A DNA stretch of 64,000 nucleotides from positions 352,001 to 416,000 of the forward strand of contig CAVVLJ010000004.1 of the NCBI GenBank assembly GCA_963749075.1, in the 5' to 3' direction. This stretch comes from an uncultured Pseudomonadota bacterium (GTDB lineage Bacteria; Pseudomonadota; Alphaproteobacteria; JACZXZ01). Positions 37,513-48,367 of this stretch are shown here, one piece after another. A model generated the notes under the pieces. It saw only the letters and a program-made list of their open reading frames with translations, was not told the DNA's origin and ran no database searches. Positions within the stretch are counted from its first letter, which is position 1, and each line of letters starts with the position of its first letter. Position numbers and translations under genes: made by a program.

Positions 37513-38073
37513 CTCCTGGGTCCCCCTCTATCCGCTGCTTTTAAGCTTGCCGTGCCTGCCTCTCGCCGAGCCGGATGCATGCCGAGGGCGCTCGGCACGG
37601 CAAGGGAAGCGGCTGTCTTCGGCAAGGCTCGGCAGCCAGACGCAATATTCATCTCGCGCTTTCCTTTGGGTTTCGACGTGTGGAACTTATGATTCTCAAT
37701 GCGCGGCTTAAGGCAGGGTGCGGAAGTTACTTGGCAAAATTAAAGAAAATGTTATTAAAATTGCTGCTCCCCTTCATTCCGTAACAATTTCTTTACAAAG
37801 TCCTTTGGTGGGCACCGCGGATCGGCCGCTTCCCTCGGAGTCCGCTCGGAGAATTTTGCCTTATGAAGCGACGCAAGCGAGCGTGCGCTCGGCGATCCGG
37901 CGCTTGGGCAGGAGCATGAGGCCGGCCGAATCGGGACGATCGACCACGACGGGCTGCAAGCCCGCCTTGGCCCGGCCCGCGAAGGCGGGCGTACTATTAG
38001 AATGGATCAAAACCGCGGGCGGCGGTCTCGCTCGACCGGCACGGTGCCCGCATGCCGGGCGCTTGGCGCGCCC

Positions 38074-39081
38074 TCAGAGCCTTCCCATCAGCGCCGCCAC
38101 GTCGGCCATGCGGTTGGCAAAGCCCCATTCGTTGTCGTACCAGGCGAGCACGCGCACGAGCGCGCCGTCGATCACCTGGGTCTGGGTGAGATCGAAGGTC
38201 GAGCTCGCCGGGTTGTGATTGAAGTCGCTCGAGACGAGCTCCTCGTCGGTCGTCTCGAGGATGCCGCTCAAGCGGTTGCTCTTGGAAGCCTCGATCATGG
38301 CCGCATTGACCGCCTCCACGCTCGCCGGCTTCTTCGGCACGAACTTGAAATCGATGAGCGAGACGTTGGGCGTCGGCACGCGGATGGCGGTGCCGTCGAG
38401 CTTGCCCTTGAGCTCGGGCAGCACGAGGCCGACCGCGCGCGCGGCACCCGTCGTGGTGGGGATCATCGAGAGGGCCGCCGCGCGCGCGCGGCGCGCGTCC
38501 TTGTGGAGGGTGTCGACGAGGCGCTGGTCGCCCGTATAGGAATGGATTGTCGTCATATAGCCGTGCTCGATGCCGAAGGCGTTGTGCAGCACGAAGGCGA
38601 CGGGCGCCAGGCAGTTCGTCGTGCAGGAGGCGTTCGAGACGACCTGGTGCTTGGCCTCGAGCTTGTCGTCGTTGACGCCGCGCACCACGGTCAAGTCGGC
38701 GCCGCTCGCCGGGGCCGAGACCAGCACCTTCCGCGCCCCCGCCTGGATGTGCTTGAGTGCCGCCTCCTTGCTCGTGAAGTGGCCGGTGCATTCGAGCACC
38801 ACGTCGACCGCGAGCTCCTTCCACGGCAGCTTGGCCGGATCGCGCTCGGCGAGCACCTTGATCGGGCCGTGGCCCACATCGATGCCGCCGTCGGTCACCT
38901 TGACCTCGCCGGGGAAGCGCCCGTGCACCGAATCGTGCCTGAGCATCTTGGCGTTCATCTCGACCGAGCCCAGGTCGTTGACCGCCACGAACTCGAGATC
39001 CTTGCGCCCGGCCTCGTGGGCCGCGCGCACCACGTGCCGGCCGATGCGGCCGAAGCCGTTGATGGCTATTCTGAGGGCCAT
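38074..39081 (-). CDS. gap: Glyceraldehyde-3-phosphate dehydrogenase
   Basis: INGFGRIGR, SNASCTTNCLAP, WYDNEWG. Confidence 0.97.
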   Translation of the reverse strand: MALRIAINGFGRIGRHVVRAAHEAGRKDLEFVAVNDLGSVEMNAKMLRHDSVHGRFPGEVKVTDGGIDVGHGPIKVLAERDPAKLPWKELAVDVVLECTGHFTSKEAALKHIQAGARKVLVSAPASGADLTVVRGVNDDKLEAKHQVVSNASCTTNCLAPVAFVLHNAFGIEHGYMTTIHSYTGDQRLVDTLHKDARRARAAALSMIPTTTGAARAVGLVLPELKGKLDGTAIRVPTPNVSLIDFKFVPKKPASVEAVNAAMIEASKSNRLSGILETTDEELVSSDFNHNPASSTFDLTQTQVIDGALVRVLAWYDNEWGFANRMADVAALMGRL

Positions 39082-39113
39082 GTCTTCGTCTCCTCCGATA
39101 GACCGCCCGCGCG

Positions 39114-41135
39114 CTAGAGCCGTGCCTTGGCGGCGGCCACCACCGCGTCCGGGGTGATGCCGAAATGCTTGTAGAGTGCGGCATAGGGTGCCGAGGCGCC
39201 GAAGCCGTGCATGCCGATGAAGATGCCGTCCGGCCCGAGATGGCGCTCCCAGCCGAAGCCGATAGCGGCCTCGATGCCGATGCGCAGCGTGCCCGGTGCC
39301 AGGAGCTCCTCGCGGTAGGCGGCAGGTGCCTCAGCGAAGAGCGCCTCGCAGGGCATCGAGACGACGGCAGCACCGATCCCTTCGCCCGCCAGCGCCGCGC
39401 GCGCCGCGAGGGCGATCTCGACCTCCGAGCCGGTGGCGATGAGCGTCACGCGCCTGGTACCCTCCGCCGCCGCGAGGAGATAGGCGCCCTTGGCCGAGAG
39501 GTTCTCCTCCGCGTGCGCGAGGCGCACGGGCTCGACCGACTGGCGCGTGAGCGAGAGCACGGAGGGCGAACGTTCGGCCGCTAGTGCCAGCGCCCAGCAC
39601 TCGGCGGTCTCGACGCCGTCCGCCGGGCGGAAGACGAGGAGGTTGGGGATCGCGCGCAAGGCCGCGAGCTGCTCGACCGGCTGGTGGGTCGGGCCGTCCT
39701 CGCCGAGGCCGATCGAATCATGGGTCATCACGAAGATGACGCGCTGGCCCATCATCGCAGCCAGGCGGATGGCGGGCCGGCAATAGTCGGTGAAGACGAG
39801 GAAGCTGCCGCCGTAGGGGATGACGCCCCCATGCAGCGCGAGGCCGTTCATGGCGGCGGCCATGGCGTGCTCGCGCACGCCGTAATGGATGTAGCGCCCG
39901 GCGAACTTGCCGCGCTGAACCGGCGCCATGTCGCGGCCCTGGCTCGCGTTCGAGCCCGTCAAGTCGGCCGAGCCGCCGACGAGTTCCGGGATCGCCGCCG
40001 CCAGATGGTCGATGACGAGCTTGGAGGCCTGGCGCGTGGCGAGCTTCGGCTGCTTCTCCGCGAACTCACGCTTGGCGGCGAGCACCGCCTGCTGCCAGCC
40101 CGCGGGCAGCCGTTTGGCATGCACGCGCTCGTATTCGGCGCGCGTCTTGTCCTCGAGCCTGGCCACGGCCTCGCTCCAGCGCCGGTAAGGCACGGCGCCG
40201 CGCCCGCCCGCCTTGCGCCAGGCGGCTGCCACCTCGGGCGGAATCTCGAAGGGGGCCGCGTGCCAGCCGAGTGCCGCGCGCGCCCCCTCGATCTCCTTGG
40301 CGCCGAGCGGAGCACCATGGGCGGCGGCCGTGCCCGCCTTGGTGGGCGCACCCTTGGCGATCGTGGTGCGGCAGGCGATGAGGGAGGGCGTTCCAGTCGC
40401 GTGCGCGCTCGCGAGCGCCCCCTGGATCTCGCCCGGCTGGTGGCCGTCGACCGCCTGCACGTCCCAGCCCGAGGCGCGGAAGCGCGCGAGCTGGTCGTCG
40501 GAGACGGCGAGCTCGGTCGGGCCGTCGATCGAGATGCGGTTGTCGTCCCAGAGGAGGATGAGCTTGCCGAGCTGGAGATGGCCGGCGAGCGAGATCGCCT
40601 CGTGGCTGATGCCCTCCATGAGACAGCCGTCGCCGGCGATCACGTAAGTGTAGTGGTCGACCACGGCATTGCCGAAGCGGGCATTGAGCAGGCGCTCAGC
40701 CAACGCCATGCCGACGGCGTTGGCGATGCCCTGGCCGAGCGGCCCGGTCGTCGTCTCGATGCCGGCGGCAGCACCATATTCGGGATGGCCGGGCGTGCGG
40801 CTGCCGAGCTGGCGGAAGCGCTTGATCTCCTCCATCGTCATGTCGGCGTAGCCGGTCAGGTGGAGGAGGGCATAGAGCAGCATCGAGCCGTGCCCGGCCG
40901 AGAGCACGAAGCGGTCGCGGTCCGGCCACTCGGGGTGAGTGGGATCGTATTTGAGGAAGTCCGAGAACAGCACCGTCGCCACGTCGGCCATGCCCATCGG
41001 CATGCCGGGGTGGCCCGCGCCGGCCTTCTCGACGGCGTCCATGGCAAGGGCGCGGATGGCATTCGCCATGTCCCTGTGGCGCGCCAGGGGAGAGTGTAGC
41101 GTTGCGCTGTCGTCCATCGTCCTGGAGCGAGCCAT
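39114..41135 (-). CDS. tkt: Transketolase
   Basis: [43 protein letters not shown]. Confidence 0.97.
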   Translation of the reverse strand: MARSRTMDDSATLHSPLARHRDMANAIRALAMDAVEKAGAGHPGMPMGMADVATVLFSDFLKYDPTHPEWPDRDRFVLSAGHGSMLLYALLHLTGYADMTMEEIKRFRQLGSRTPGHPEYGAAAGIETTTGPLGQGIANAVGMALAERLLNARFGNAVVDHYTYVIAGDGCLMEGISHEAISLAGHLQLGKLILLWDDNRISIDGPTELAVSDDQLARFRASGWDVQAVDGHQPGEIQGALASAHATGTPSLIACRTTIAKGAPTKAGTAAAHGAPLGAKEIEGARAALGWHAAPFEIPPEVAAAWRKAGGRGAVPYRRWSEAVARLEDKTRAEYERVHAKRLPAGWQQAVLAAKREFAEKQPKLATRQASKLVIDHLAAAIPELVGGSADLTGSNASQGRDMAPVQRGKFAGRYIHYGVREHAMAAAMNGLALHGGVIPYGGSFLVFTDYCRPAIRLAAMMGQRVIFVMTHDSIGLGEDGPTHQPVEQLAALRAIPNLLVFRPADGVETAECWALALAAERSPSVLSLTRQSVEPVRLAHAEENLSAKGAYLLAAAEGTRRVTLIATGSEVEIALAARAALAGEGIGAAVVSMPCEALFAEAPAAYREELLAPGTLRIGIEAAIGFGWERHLGPDGIFIGMHGFGASAPYAALYKHFGITPDAVVAAAKARL

Positions 41136-41351
41136 CTCGGCCGGAAGGGTGAGGCGATCGGGCGCCCCGGCAAAGGGCCGCGATGCCGGGGCAACATGCC
41201 GCTCCCCCTATGCGGCGTCAATCGGCTTCTCTCGCTCGCTTCGCTCGCGCAGCATCAGAGCCGGCCGCCGATTGACGCTCGGCTTCCTCGCGGCGTATGC
41301 TCGCGGCCCCGGAGCAAGGCGCTAAGCCTTTCTTGGAGCGCGGAATTTCCC

Positions 41352-41573
41352 ATGTCTCGGCTCGAGCAGGCGCGGCGGCGGTTGGAGCTTGCGGTAAGCC
41401 GCCTGGAGCGCACCGCGCAACGAAGCCATGCGCGTCTTGCCGAGCGCGCCGAGCTCGCCAATGCACTCGAGGCGGCGCGGGCCGAGGGCAAGGACCTGCG
41501 CGATCTCGGCGCCGCCCTCTCGACGCGGCTCGATGCCGTGATCGGGCGCTTGAAGTCGACGCTTCAGGCGTGA
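41352..41573 (+). CDS. DUF4164-like coiled-coil protein
   Basis: Short coiled coil ending RLDAVIGRLK..L, usual position upstream of zapA. Confidence 0.7.
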   Translation: MSRLEQARRRLELAVSRLERTAQRSHARLAERAELANALEAARAEGKDLRDLGAALSTRLDAVIGRLKSTLQA

Positions 41574-41577
41574 CGCC

Positions 41578-41907
41578 ATGGCCCAGCTCACCGTCACCAT
41601 CAACGGCCGCGGCTACCAGATCGCCTGCGACGACGGGCAGGAGGAGCATCTCGCCAAGCTCGCGGCCTATGTCGACAAGCGCGTCTCCGAGCTCATAGCA
41701 TCCATGGGCCAGATCGGCGACACGCGGCTTCTCGTCATGGCGAGCCTCTTGATCGCCGACGAGCTCTCGGACTCCTACAAGGCGCTCCAGGCCGAGCGCG
41801 GCAAGCCCGTCGGCTTGACGCCCGAGGCGGAGGCCGCGATGGCGCAGGGCATCGAGGCCCTTGCCGCGCACATCGAGGCGATTGCGGCGCGCCTGGAAGC
41901 CGCCTAG
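41578..41907 (+). CDS. zapA: Cell division protein ZapA
   Basis: VTINGR.Y.IACDDGQEEHL..LA..VD, RLLVMASLLIADEL. Confidence 0.93.
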   Translation: MAQLTVTINGRGYQIACDDGQEEHLAKLAAYVDKRVSELIASMGQIGDTRLLVMASLLIADELSDSYKALQAERGKPVGLTPEAEAAMAQGIEALAAHIEAIAARLEAA

Positions 41908-41917
41908 AGTCGTGCTC

Positions 41918-42079
41918 GAACGGGGCTGGCCGGCGCGTCAGGCCGCTTCGTGCCCTGGGGCCAATGTCTTCATCTGGGGAGCTGTCTCTACCGTGACCCT
42001 GGTCACGGCACATGGCGCCCACCTGCGTGAGCAGGCCACAGAGGACAAGTAACGGCCAACGGCTCGGGTGGCTCCGTTC
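41918..42079 (+). ncRNA. ssrS: 6S RNA
   Basis: zapA-ygfA intergenic position; complementary ends GAACGGGG/CTCCGTTC; CCCTGGGGCC, GGGAGCTGTC and GGCGCCCACC elements. Confidence 0.85.
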
Positions 42080-42126
42080 GCTCTGCCTTTCTCGCGAGCC
42101 GCCATGGACGAGCCCAAGGACCAACG

Positions 42127-42735
42127 ATGACCCTTCTCGAGGCCAAAGCGGCGGCCCGGCAGGCGGCGGCGGCCCGCCGCGACGCCGCCCATGCGTTGCT
42201 CGCCGGGACGGCGCCCGGCCGCGTCGCGGCCCATTTCGCCGCGGCCTTCCGGCTCGAGGCGGGCGCTGCCGTCTCCGGCTACTGGCCGGGGCGGAGCGAG
42301 CTCGACATCCGCCCGCTCATGACGGCGCTCGAGCGGGAGGGCCACCCGATCGGCCTTCCCGTCGTCGTGGGCCGCGGCAAGCCGCTCCTCTTCCGCCGCT
42401 GGCGGCCGGGCTTGGCACTCGAGGCCAAGGCCTTCGGCTTGCGCGAGCCGCCTGCCGCCGCACCCGAGGTCGTGCCGCAGGTGCTGCTGGTGCCGTTCCT
42501 CGCTTTCGATGCCGAGGGCTATCGTATCGGCTATGGCGCCGGCTACTATGACAGGACGCTCGCGGCGCTCAGGGCCAAGGCCGACGTGCTCGCGATCGGC
42601 GTCGGCTATGCCGCCCAGCGGGTCGAGCGCCTGCCCCGCGACGGGCACGACGAGCGGCTCGACTGGGTGGTGACGGAGGAGGGGGCCCAGCACTTCGCGC
42701 GCGCCGCCATCTCCGCCGCGGGCGGCGTGCGATGA
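42127..42735 (+). CDS. ygfA: 5-formyltetrahydrofolate cyclo-ligase
   Basis: SELD, LLVPFLAFD..GYRIGYGAGYYDRTL, HDERLD.VVTE. Confidence 0.93.
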   Translation: MTLLEAKAAARQAAAARRDAAHALLAGTAPGRVAAHFAAAFRLEAGAAVSGYWPGRSELDIRPLMTALEREGHPIGLPVVVGRGKPLLFRRWRPGLALEAKAFGLREPPAAAPEVVPQVLLVPFLAFDAEGYRIGYGAGYYDRTLAALRAKADVLAIGVGYAAQRVERLPRDGHDERLDWVVTEEGAQHFARAAISAAGGVR

Positions 42736-43580
42736 AGCTCCTCATGTGCGGCGACGTGATGGGCCGCGCCGGGCGCAAGGCGGTGATCCGCCAGGTGCCG
42801 CTCTTGCGCAAGGCGCTCGACCTCGATTTCGTCGTGGTCAACGGCGAGAACGCGGCCGGCGGCTTCGGCATCACCGGCGACATCTGCCAGGAGTTCTATG
42901 CCGCGGGCGTCGATGCCATCACCACCGGCAACCACGTGTGGGACCAGAAGGAGACGCTCGCCTACATCCAGCGCGACACCAAGCTCCTGCGCCCGCACAA
43001 CTACCCGCTCAATACGCCGGGCCGCGGCGTCGGCGTCTTCGCCGCGCGCGGGGGAAAGCGCATCGTGGTGCTGCACATGATGACGCGGCTCTACATGGAG
43101 GCGCTCGACTGCCCCTTCGTCGGCCTCGACCAGCAGCTCGAGGTCTTCAAGCTCGGCAAGAACGCGGATTTCATCCTGGTCGACATCCACGGCGAGGCGA
43201 CGAGCGAGAAGATGTCCGTCGGCCACCATTGCGACGGCCGCGTCTCGGCCGTCATCGGCACCCATTCCCACGTGCCGACCGCGGACGCGCAGATTCTCCC
43301 GGGCGGTACCGCCTACCAGACCGATCTCGGCATGTGCGGCGACTACGACTCGGTGATCGGCATGAAGAAGGAGCCGGCGGTCGCCCGCTTCGTGACCAAG
43401 CTCAAGGGCGAGCGGCTCACCCCCGCCGAAGGCGAGGCGACGCTCTGTGCCGCCTATGTCGAGAGCGACGACGCGACGGGATTGGCCAGGCACATCGCGC
43501 CCGTGCGGCTCGGCGGGCGCCTCCAGCCGCACTGGCCGCTCCCGGCACCCGCGGGTGCCCTCAAGGTGCCGCCGGTCTGA
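42732..43580 (+). CDS. ymdB: TIGR00282 family metallophosphoesterase
   Basis: GDVMG, NGENAAGG.GI, TTGNH, VDIHGEATSEK, GTHSHVPTAD, TDLGMCG. Confidence 0.92.
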   Translation: MKLLMCGDVMGRAGRKAVIRQVPLLRKALDLDFVVVNGENAAGGFGITGDICQEFYAAGVDAITTGNHVWDQKETLAYIQRDTKLLRPHNYPLNTPGRGVGVFAARGGKRIVVLHMMTRLYMEALDCPFVGLDQQLEVFKLGKNADFILVDIHGEATSEKMSVGHHCDGRVSAVIGTHSHVPTADAQILPGGTAYQTDLGMCGDYDSVIGMKKEPAVARFVTKLKGERLTPAEGEATLCAAYVESDDATGLARHIAPVRLGGRLQPHWPLPAPAGALKVPPV

Positions 43581-43582
43581 GC
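43423..43582 (+). repeat. 160-bp direct repeat copy 1 (ymdB 3' end)
   Basis: Matches 44977-45136 with 9 substitutions. Confidence 0.92.
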
Positions 43583-43630
43583 CGATCACAGCACGCGCCC
43601 GTCTGTGCGAGCTCTCGCGATATGCCGGCT

Positions 43631-44855
43631 TCAGCCCCAGAGGCAGGGCAATGGTGCTGCGAACTGCCGATCGCCGAAGGGAATGACCTCCTCGCCGTCA
43701 TAGAGCACGACGCCAAGCTTGAAGGCGCTCCCCACCGCGCTCGATAACCTTTCAAGGCCGCGAAAATCCGAGGTCTTCACGCTCGCCGCAGCCTTGACCT
43801 CGATGCCGACGATGTCGCCTGCGTCGTTTTCGAGGACGATGTCGACCTCGCGCTGGTCCTTGTCCCGGTAATGGAAGAACGAGATACGCTCCTCCGCCCA
43901 CGAAGCCTGTTTCAAGAGTTCCGCGTAGGTAAAGCTCTCGAGAAATGGCCCGAGCGCGCCGTGGTCTGCCCGCAATTTGGCAAGCGATTGGCCACGGACG
44001 GCAGCGAGCAGCCCGGCATCGAGAAAGTGCAGCTTTGGAGACTTGGTGAGCCGTTTCAACTCGTTGCGGAACCAGGGACGAATATGTTGCACCAGAAATA
44101 GCTGCTTCAGGATGCCGATGTAGCGATCGGCGGTTTTGTGATCGAGTTCGGACTCTTGCCCCGATTTCGGAGAGATTGACGAGCCGGCCGGAGAATTGCG
44201 CCACGAGTTCTACCAAGTGCCGCAGCTGTCCGAGCTTCTCGACGGCCGCGATTTCGCGAATGTCGCGGGCGATGATCGCTTCGATGTAGGCCCGGCACCA
44301 ATCCCGCCGTCGCCGCTCGCTCGGTCTTGCCAGGACCTCAGGGTATCCTCCAGCCAGGATGGTGGAGATCAGATCATCACCGATCAGCCGCTCGGCCGGC
44401 GCGGGCAGTTCTCCTGCGAAGACTCGTGCAAGAAAGCTAGGCTTGCGGCGGCTGAGCACCTCGGCGCGCGAAAGCGGATAGAGGGGCACGACCTCCATAC
44501 GGCCGGCGAGGGACTCCTTGACCTTGGGGATCGTCAGAACGTGGGCTGAGCCCGTCAGCAAGAAGCGGCCGGGGCGGCGATCGTCGTCGACGGATCGCTT
44601 GATCGCGAGCAGCAACTCCGGTGCGCGTTGGACCTCGTCGATGACGGCCCGCTCAAGGCCGCGAATGAAGCCGACCGCATCGCGGCGCGCGGCTTCCAGC
44701 GTGGTGGCGTCATCGAGCGTGACGTAGCGGCGCTCCCGGCCCGCGAATTTCTGCGCCAAGGTGGTCTTGCCCGACTGCCGCGGGCCGTTCAAGGCGACCA
44801 CTGGCGTATCGGCCAGCGCCTCGCGGAGTCTGTGCTCGACGAAACGCGGATACAC
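43631..44855 (-). CDS. AAA+ ATPase with DUF4143 and C-terminal PD-(D/E)xK-like domain (+1 frameshift near 44150-44162)
   Basis: GPRQSGKTT, IDEVQR, LTGS, ESLAGR, GGYP; shifted frame gives KSPKLHFLDAGL, ESF, YRDKDQREVD, IEVK. Confidence 0.85.
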
Positions 44856-44903
44856 GGGTCCAGCTCATCCCGCTTGCTGCGGCGGCGCTAGAGTATCGAC
44901 AAA

Positions 44904-44953
44904 TTGGGATTTCTGCAACGTCCGTTTGGGAAAATCAGACCGTCCAATTGGGA
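44904..44953. repeat. Three TTGGGA boxes with 22-bp period upstream of the ATPase gene
   Basis: TTGGGA at 44904, 44926 and 44948; CGTCC precedes the last two. Confidence 0.65.
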
Positions 44954-44976
44954 AGTAAAAGCCGTGCGCCCAAGCG

Positions 44977-45136
44977 CCGCCGAGGGCGAGGCGACGCTCT
45001 GCGCCGCCTATGTGGAGAGCGACGATGCGACGGGATTGGCCAAGCACATTGCACCCGTGCGCCTCGGCGGACGCCTCCAGCCGCACTGGCCGCTCCCGGC
45101 ACCCGCGGGTGCCCTCAAGGTGCCGCCGGTCTGAGC
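44977..45136 (+). pseudogene. Duplicated ymdB 3' end (direct repeat copy 2)
   Basis: AEGEATLCAAYVESDDATGLAKHIAPVRLGGRLQPHWPLPAPAGALKVPPV*. Confidence 0.9.
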
Positions 45137-45150
45137 AGGTGCTGCGCGCT

Positions 45151-45360
45151 TCAGCTATGCTGGGCCCCGGGGCGCTCTTTCGCGTAATAGAGCACGGCGG
45201 AGACGACGACCCAGGCGCCTGCTACGATGTACCAGGGGAAGATGCCGCTCAGCGCGATGATCACCGACAGGGCCAGCGCATAGAAATAAAGGAGAGCAAC
45301 GGCAAAGGTGCTGACGCCCACGAAAACGTTCCGCACCCGCCCCTCGGTCCCTGCCGTCAT
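45151..45360 (-). CDS. Small hypothetical membrane protein
   Basis: 69 aa, two hydrophobic helices, GAGGGA RBS-like sequence upstream. Confidence 0.6.
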   Translation of the reverse strand: MTAGTEGRVRNVFVGVSTFAVALLYFYALALSVIIALSGIFPWYIVAGAWVVVSAVLYYAKERPGAQHS

Positions 45361-45553
45361 TGTTTCTTCCCTCTCGGTTAAGGTTCGCTCGGCTGCCGCA
45401 ATTGGGCTACCCCTCCCGAGGCCGCGACGCGCCGCTCGGCGCGCAGCCTGCGAGCATTGCCAGCGTAGCACGAATCGCTCGCCGCCTCGTCTCTAATATA
45501 TCCGCCGGCCTTGCGCGCGGCGAGGGAGAACGCCGCGGCTCGCCTCGCGATTG

Positions 45554-45916
45554 CTAGCCCTTGCGCTCGAGATGCATGAGCCGTCTGCATCCGGCCCCCA
45601 TGGTCCCGCCGCCGGAGCTGGTATAAGTGGCTTCGAACGTCTTGCCCTCGAACTTACCCGAGAACATCTCGCCCCCGATCGTGCCGCGGAAGGTGCCGTC
45701 GGCGCCGACCTTGCCCTTCACGGCAACGCCGGCGCTGCCCCAGGCGCTCGTCCCGCTCACGATGCCATCGGCGACGGTGAGGGTGACCGAGGTCTGCGGC
45801 ATGCGGCACGTCGGCCCGGCGCCTCCTTGATAGGTGCCGTCGAAGGGACCGGCGGAGAACGCCGTGCCCGCGAAGAGCGTCAGGCCGGTAACGCTGACGA
45901 TGAGCAGCTTGCGCAT
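45554..45916 (-). CDS. Hypothetical secreted protein
   Basis: Signal peptide ending AFS-A, FDGTYQG, two Cys, beta-rich. Confidence 0.7.
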   Translation of the reverse strand: MRKLLIVSVTGLTLFAGTAFSAGPFDGTYQGGAGPTCRMPQTSVTLTVADGIVSGTSAWGSAGVAVKGKVGADGTFRGTIGGEMFSGKFEGKTFEATYTSSGGGTMGAGCRRLMHLERKG

Positions 45917-46087
45917 CGGATGCCCCCCTTGCATTCGTGCCGCCATTGTCATGGCGTGGCTGCGCTGCTGTCAATCGCGTCGCGGCCGCCGGGCCCGCGG
46001 GGCGGAGCCAATGCGCTTTTCCGGCGGCACCCGGAGTGTTAGAACCACGCGCGTTGCAGCACTCCTTCCCGGGCAGGCGTCCTCACG

Positions 46088-46852
46088 ATGAAGCGTTCCG
46101 AGCGGCCCACCGGACTGGACTACCTCGGCAATCCCGCCATCACGGAGCCTTTCGGCGTGGACCGGCCGGCGGCTCGCCTCCTCTTCGACTTCGCGGTGAT
46201 GGCGGCGTGCATCAATCCTCTCCTCGCCGAGCAGGCGTTCCTCGACTTCGGCGCCGGCTCGGGGTGGATGACCGAGCTGCTCGCGCGCATGGGCCGGCGC
46301 GTCGCGGCATTCGACCTCCACGGCAATCTCGAGAGCTGCCTGCAGCACCGCGTCGACGCGGACCTCCGCACGCGGCCCGAGCTCATCTCGTGGCGGCAGG
46401 GCGACGGGCACGCCATGCCCTTCGCCGATCGCTCCTTCGGCCACATCTTCTGCTACGACACCCTGCATCACATGCACGACTATCGGCGCGTCTTTGCCGA
46501 GTTCGCACGCGTGCTCGAGCCCGGCGGCCGCGCCATCTTCTCGGAGCCGGGTGCCCGCCACAGCACCATGCCGGCGACGATCGCCTTCCTTCAGGAGCAG
46601 AAGGCGCACGATCCGGCGTGGATCGAGCGCGACGTGGTCCTCGAGGAGATCGACGGCATCGCCCGCGCCGCCGGCTTCACGGGCCTCGCGGTGGTCCCCA
46701 CGCTGCCGCCCGACAGCCTCATTTCCTTCACCCTCTCCGATTGGCGGGCCTTCCGCGCCGGCAAGCGCTCGCTGCGGCGCGCCTTCGCGGACCGTCTCTC
46801 CGAGGTCAACTACGACTTCCATGTCGCCTTCTATTGCGATCTTGCGCGCTGA
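46088..46852 (+). CDS. Class I SAM-dependent methyltransferase
   Basis: [30 protein letters not shown]. Confidence 0.85.
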   Translation: MKRSERPTGLDYLGNPAITEPFGVDRPAARLLFDFAVMAACINPLLAEQAFLDFGAGSGWMTELLARMGRRVAAFDLHGNLESCLQHRVDADLRTRPELISWRQGDGHAMPFADRSFGHIFCYDTLHHMHDYRRVFAEFARVLEPGGRAIFSEPGARHSTMPATIAFLQEQKAHDPAWIERDVVLEEIDGIARAAGFTGLAVVPTLPPDSLISFTLSDWRAFRAGKRSLRRAFADRLSEVNYDFHVAFYCDLAR

Positions 46853-47055
46853 GCGCCGCCGAGGGAGGGACGCGATCCCGTGCCTCCGCGATCGCCGCCA
46901 CTGAGAGGGCGGCCGAGATCAGCACCCCGGCCGAGACGCCCCAATCCTGCCATATTGCTCTGTTAGCTCGGGCGCCAGTCGCCGTGCGCCTGCCCACAAG
47001 ATATGGTATGATGGAAACTCGCAGCTCGCCTGCGCTAGCTCAATTCGCGGACTTT

Positions 47056-47808
47056 ATGGCCGGCCATTCGCAATTCAAGAACATCATGTACCGGAAGGGC
47101 GTGCAGGATGCCAAGCGCGCGCGCCTCTTTGCCAAGCTCATCCGCGAGATCATGGTGTCGGCGCGCTCAGGCCTGCCCGATCCCGCCGCCAACCCGCGCC
47201 TGCGCGCGGCGATCGCGGCGGCGCGCGATGCCAACATGCCGCGCGACACCATCGAGCGGGCGATCAAGCGGGCGACCGGCGGCGAGGAGGGGGCGATCTA
47301 CGACGAGGTGCGCTACGAGGGCTACGGACCGGGCGGCGTCGCCATCATCGTCGATGCGCTCACCGACAACCGCAAGCGCACCGCCTCCGACGTGCGCACC
47401 GCCTTCTCCAAGCACGGCGGCACGCTCGGCGAGACGAACAGCGTGAGCTTCCAGTTCAAGCGCATGGGCCAGATCGTCTACGGCGCCGCCACGGCCGGCG
47501 CCGACGCCATGTTCGAGGCCGCCCTCGAGGCGGGTGCCGACAACGTCGAATCGAGTGCTGCCGGGCACGAGGTGACGTGCCTTCCCGAGGACTTCGCCCA
47601 GGTGCGCGAGGCGCTCGAGAAGCGCTTCGGGCGGCCCGAGCGCGCCGGGCTCATGTGGAAGCCCCAGGCCGCGGTCGCGATGGCCAACGAGGAGGCGGCG
47701 CGCACCCTCCTCAAGCTCCTCGACCAGCTCGAGGACAACGACAACGTCCAGTCGGTCGCGGCCAACTTCGAGATTCCCGACGATCTCATGGCGAAGCTCG
47801 TCGGCTGA
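47056..47808 (+). CDS. yebC: YebC/PmpR family protein
   Basis: [30 protein letters not shown]. Confidence 0.95.
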   Translation: MAGHSQFKNIMYRKGVQDAKRARLFAKLIREIMVSARSGLPDPAANPRLRAAIAAARDANMPRDTIERAIKRATGGEEGAIYDEVRYEGYGPGGVAIIVDALTDNRKRTASDVRTAFSKHGGTLGETNSVSFQFKRMGQIVYGAATAGADAMFEAALEAGADNVESSAAGHEVTCLPEDFAQVREALEKRFGRPERAGLMWKPQAAVAMANEEAARTLLKLLDQLEDNDNVQSVAANFEIPDDLMAKLVG

Positions 47809-47848
47809 GCGGCGTGCCGGTCACGGAAGGGCTGAGGAGCCGCAGCAC

Positions 47849-48367
47849 ATGCGCGTATTGGGGCTGGATCCGGGTCTGAGGCGGACGGGCTGGGGCATCA
47901 TCGAGGCCGCGGACGGCCGGCTCAGCCACGTGGCCAACGGCTCATTCGGCTCCGACGCCGCGCTCGGGGTGGCCATGCGGCTCGTCCAGCTCTACGACGG
48001 CTTACACGCGGTGATCGCGCGCTATGCCCCGCTCGAGGCGGCGGTCGAGGAGACCTTCGTCAACAAGAACCCGAGCTCGACCCTGAAGCTCGGCCTGGCG
48101 CGCGCCATCGCCCTCTTGGCCCCGGCGCGCGCCGGCCTCGTGGTCACCGAATATCCCACCAATCTCGTCAAGAAAAGCGTGGTCGGCGCGGGCCACGCCG
48201 GCAAGGAGCAGATCCAGGTCATGGTGCGGCACCTGCTTCCCGCCGCCGAGATCGCGGACGCGGATGCGGCGGACGCGCTCGCGGTCGCCATCTGCCACGC
48301 CCATCACGCCGCCACCTTGAGCCGTTGGCACGCCTTCGCCGGCGCTGCCGGCAGGCGCCGCGCATGA
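47849..48367 (+). CDS. ruvC: Holliday junction resolvase RuvC
   Basis: [30 protein letters not shown]. Confidence 0.95.
   Translation: MRVLGLDPGLRRTGWGIIEAADGRLSHVANGSFGSDAALGVAMRLVQLYDGLHAVIARYAPLEAAVEETFVNKNPSSTLKLGLARAIALLAPARAGLVVTEYPTNLVKKSVVGAGHAGKEQIQVMVRHLLPAAEIADADAADALAVAICHAHHAATLSRWHAFAGAAGRRRA

Noticed and set aside
37730-37760. CtrA box in the pilus promoter region
   Set aside because: Only a partial match in AT-rich sequence; not distinguishable from chance
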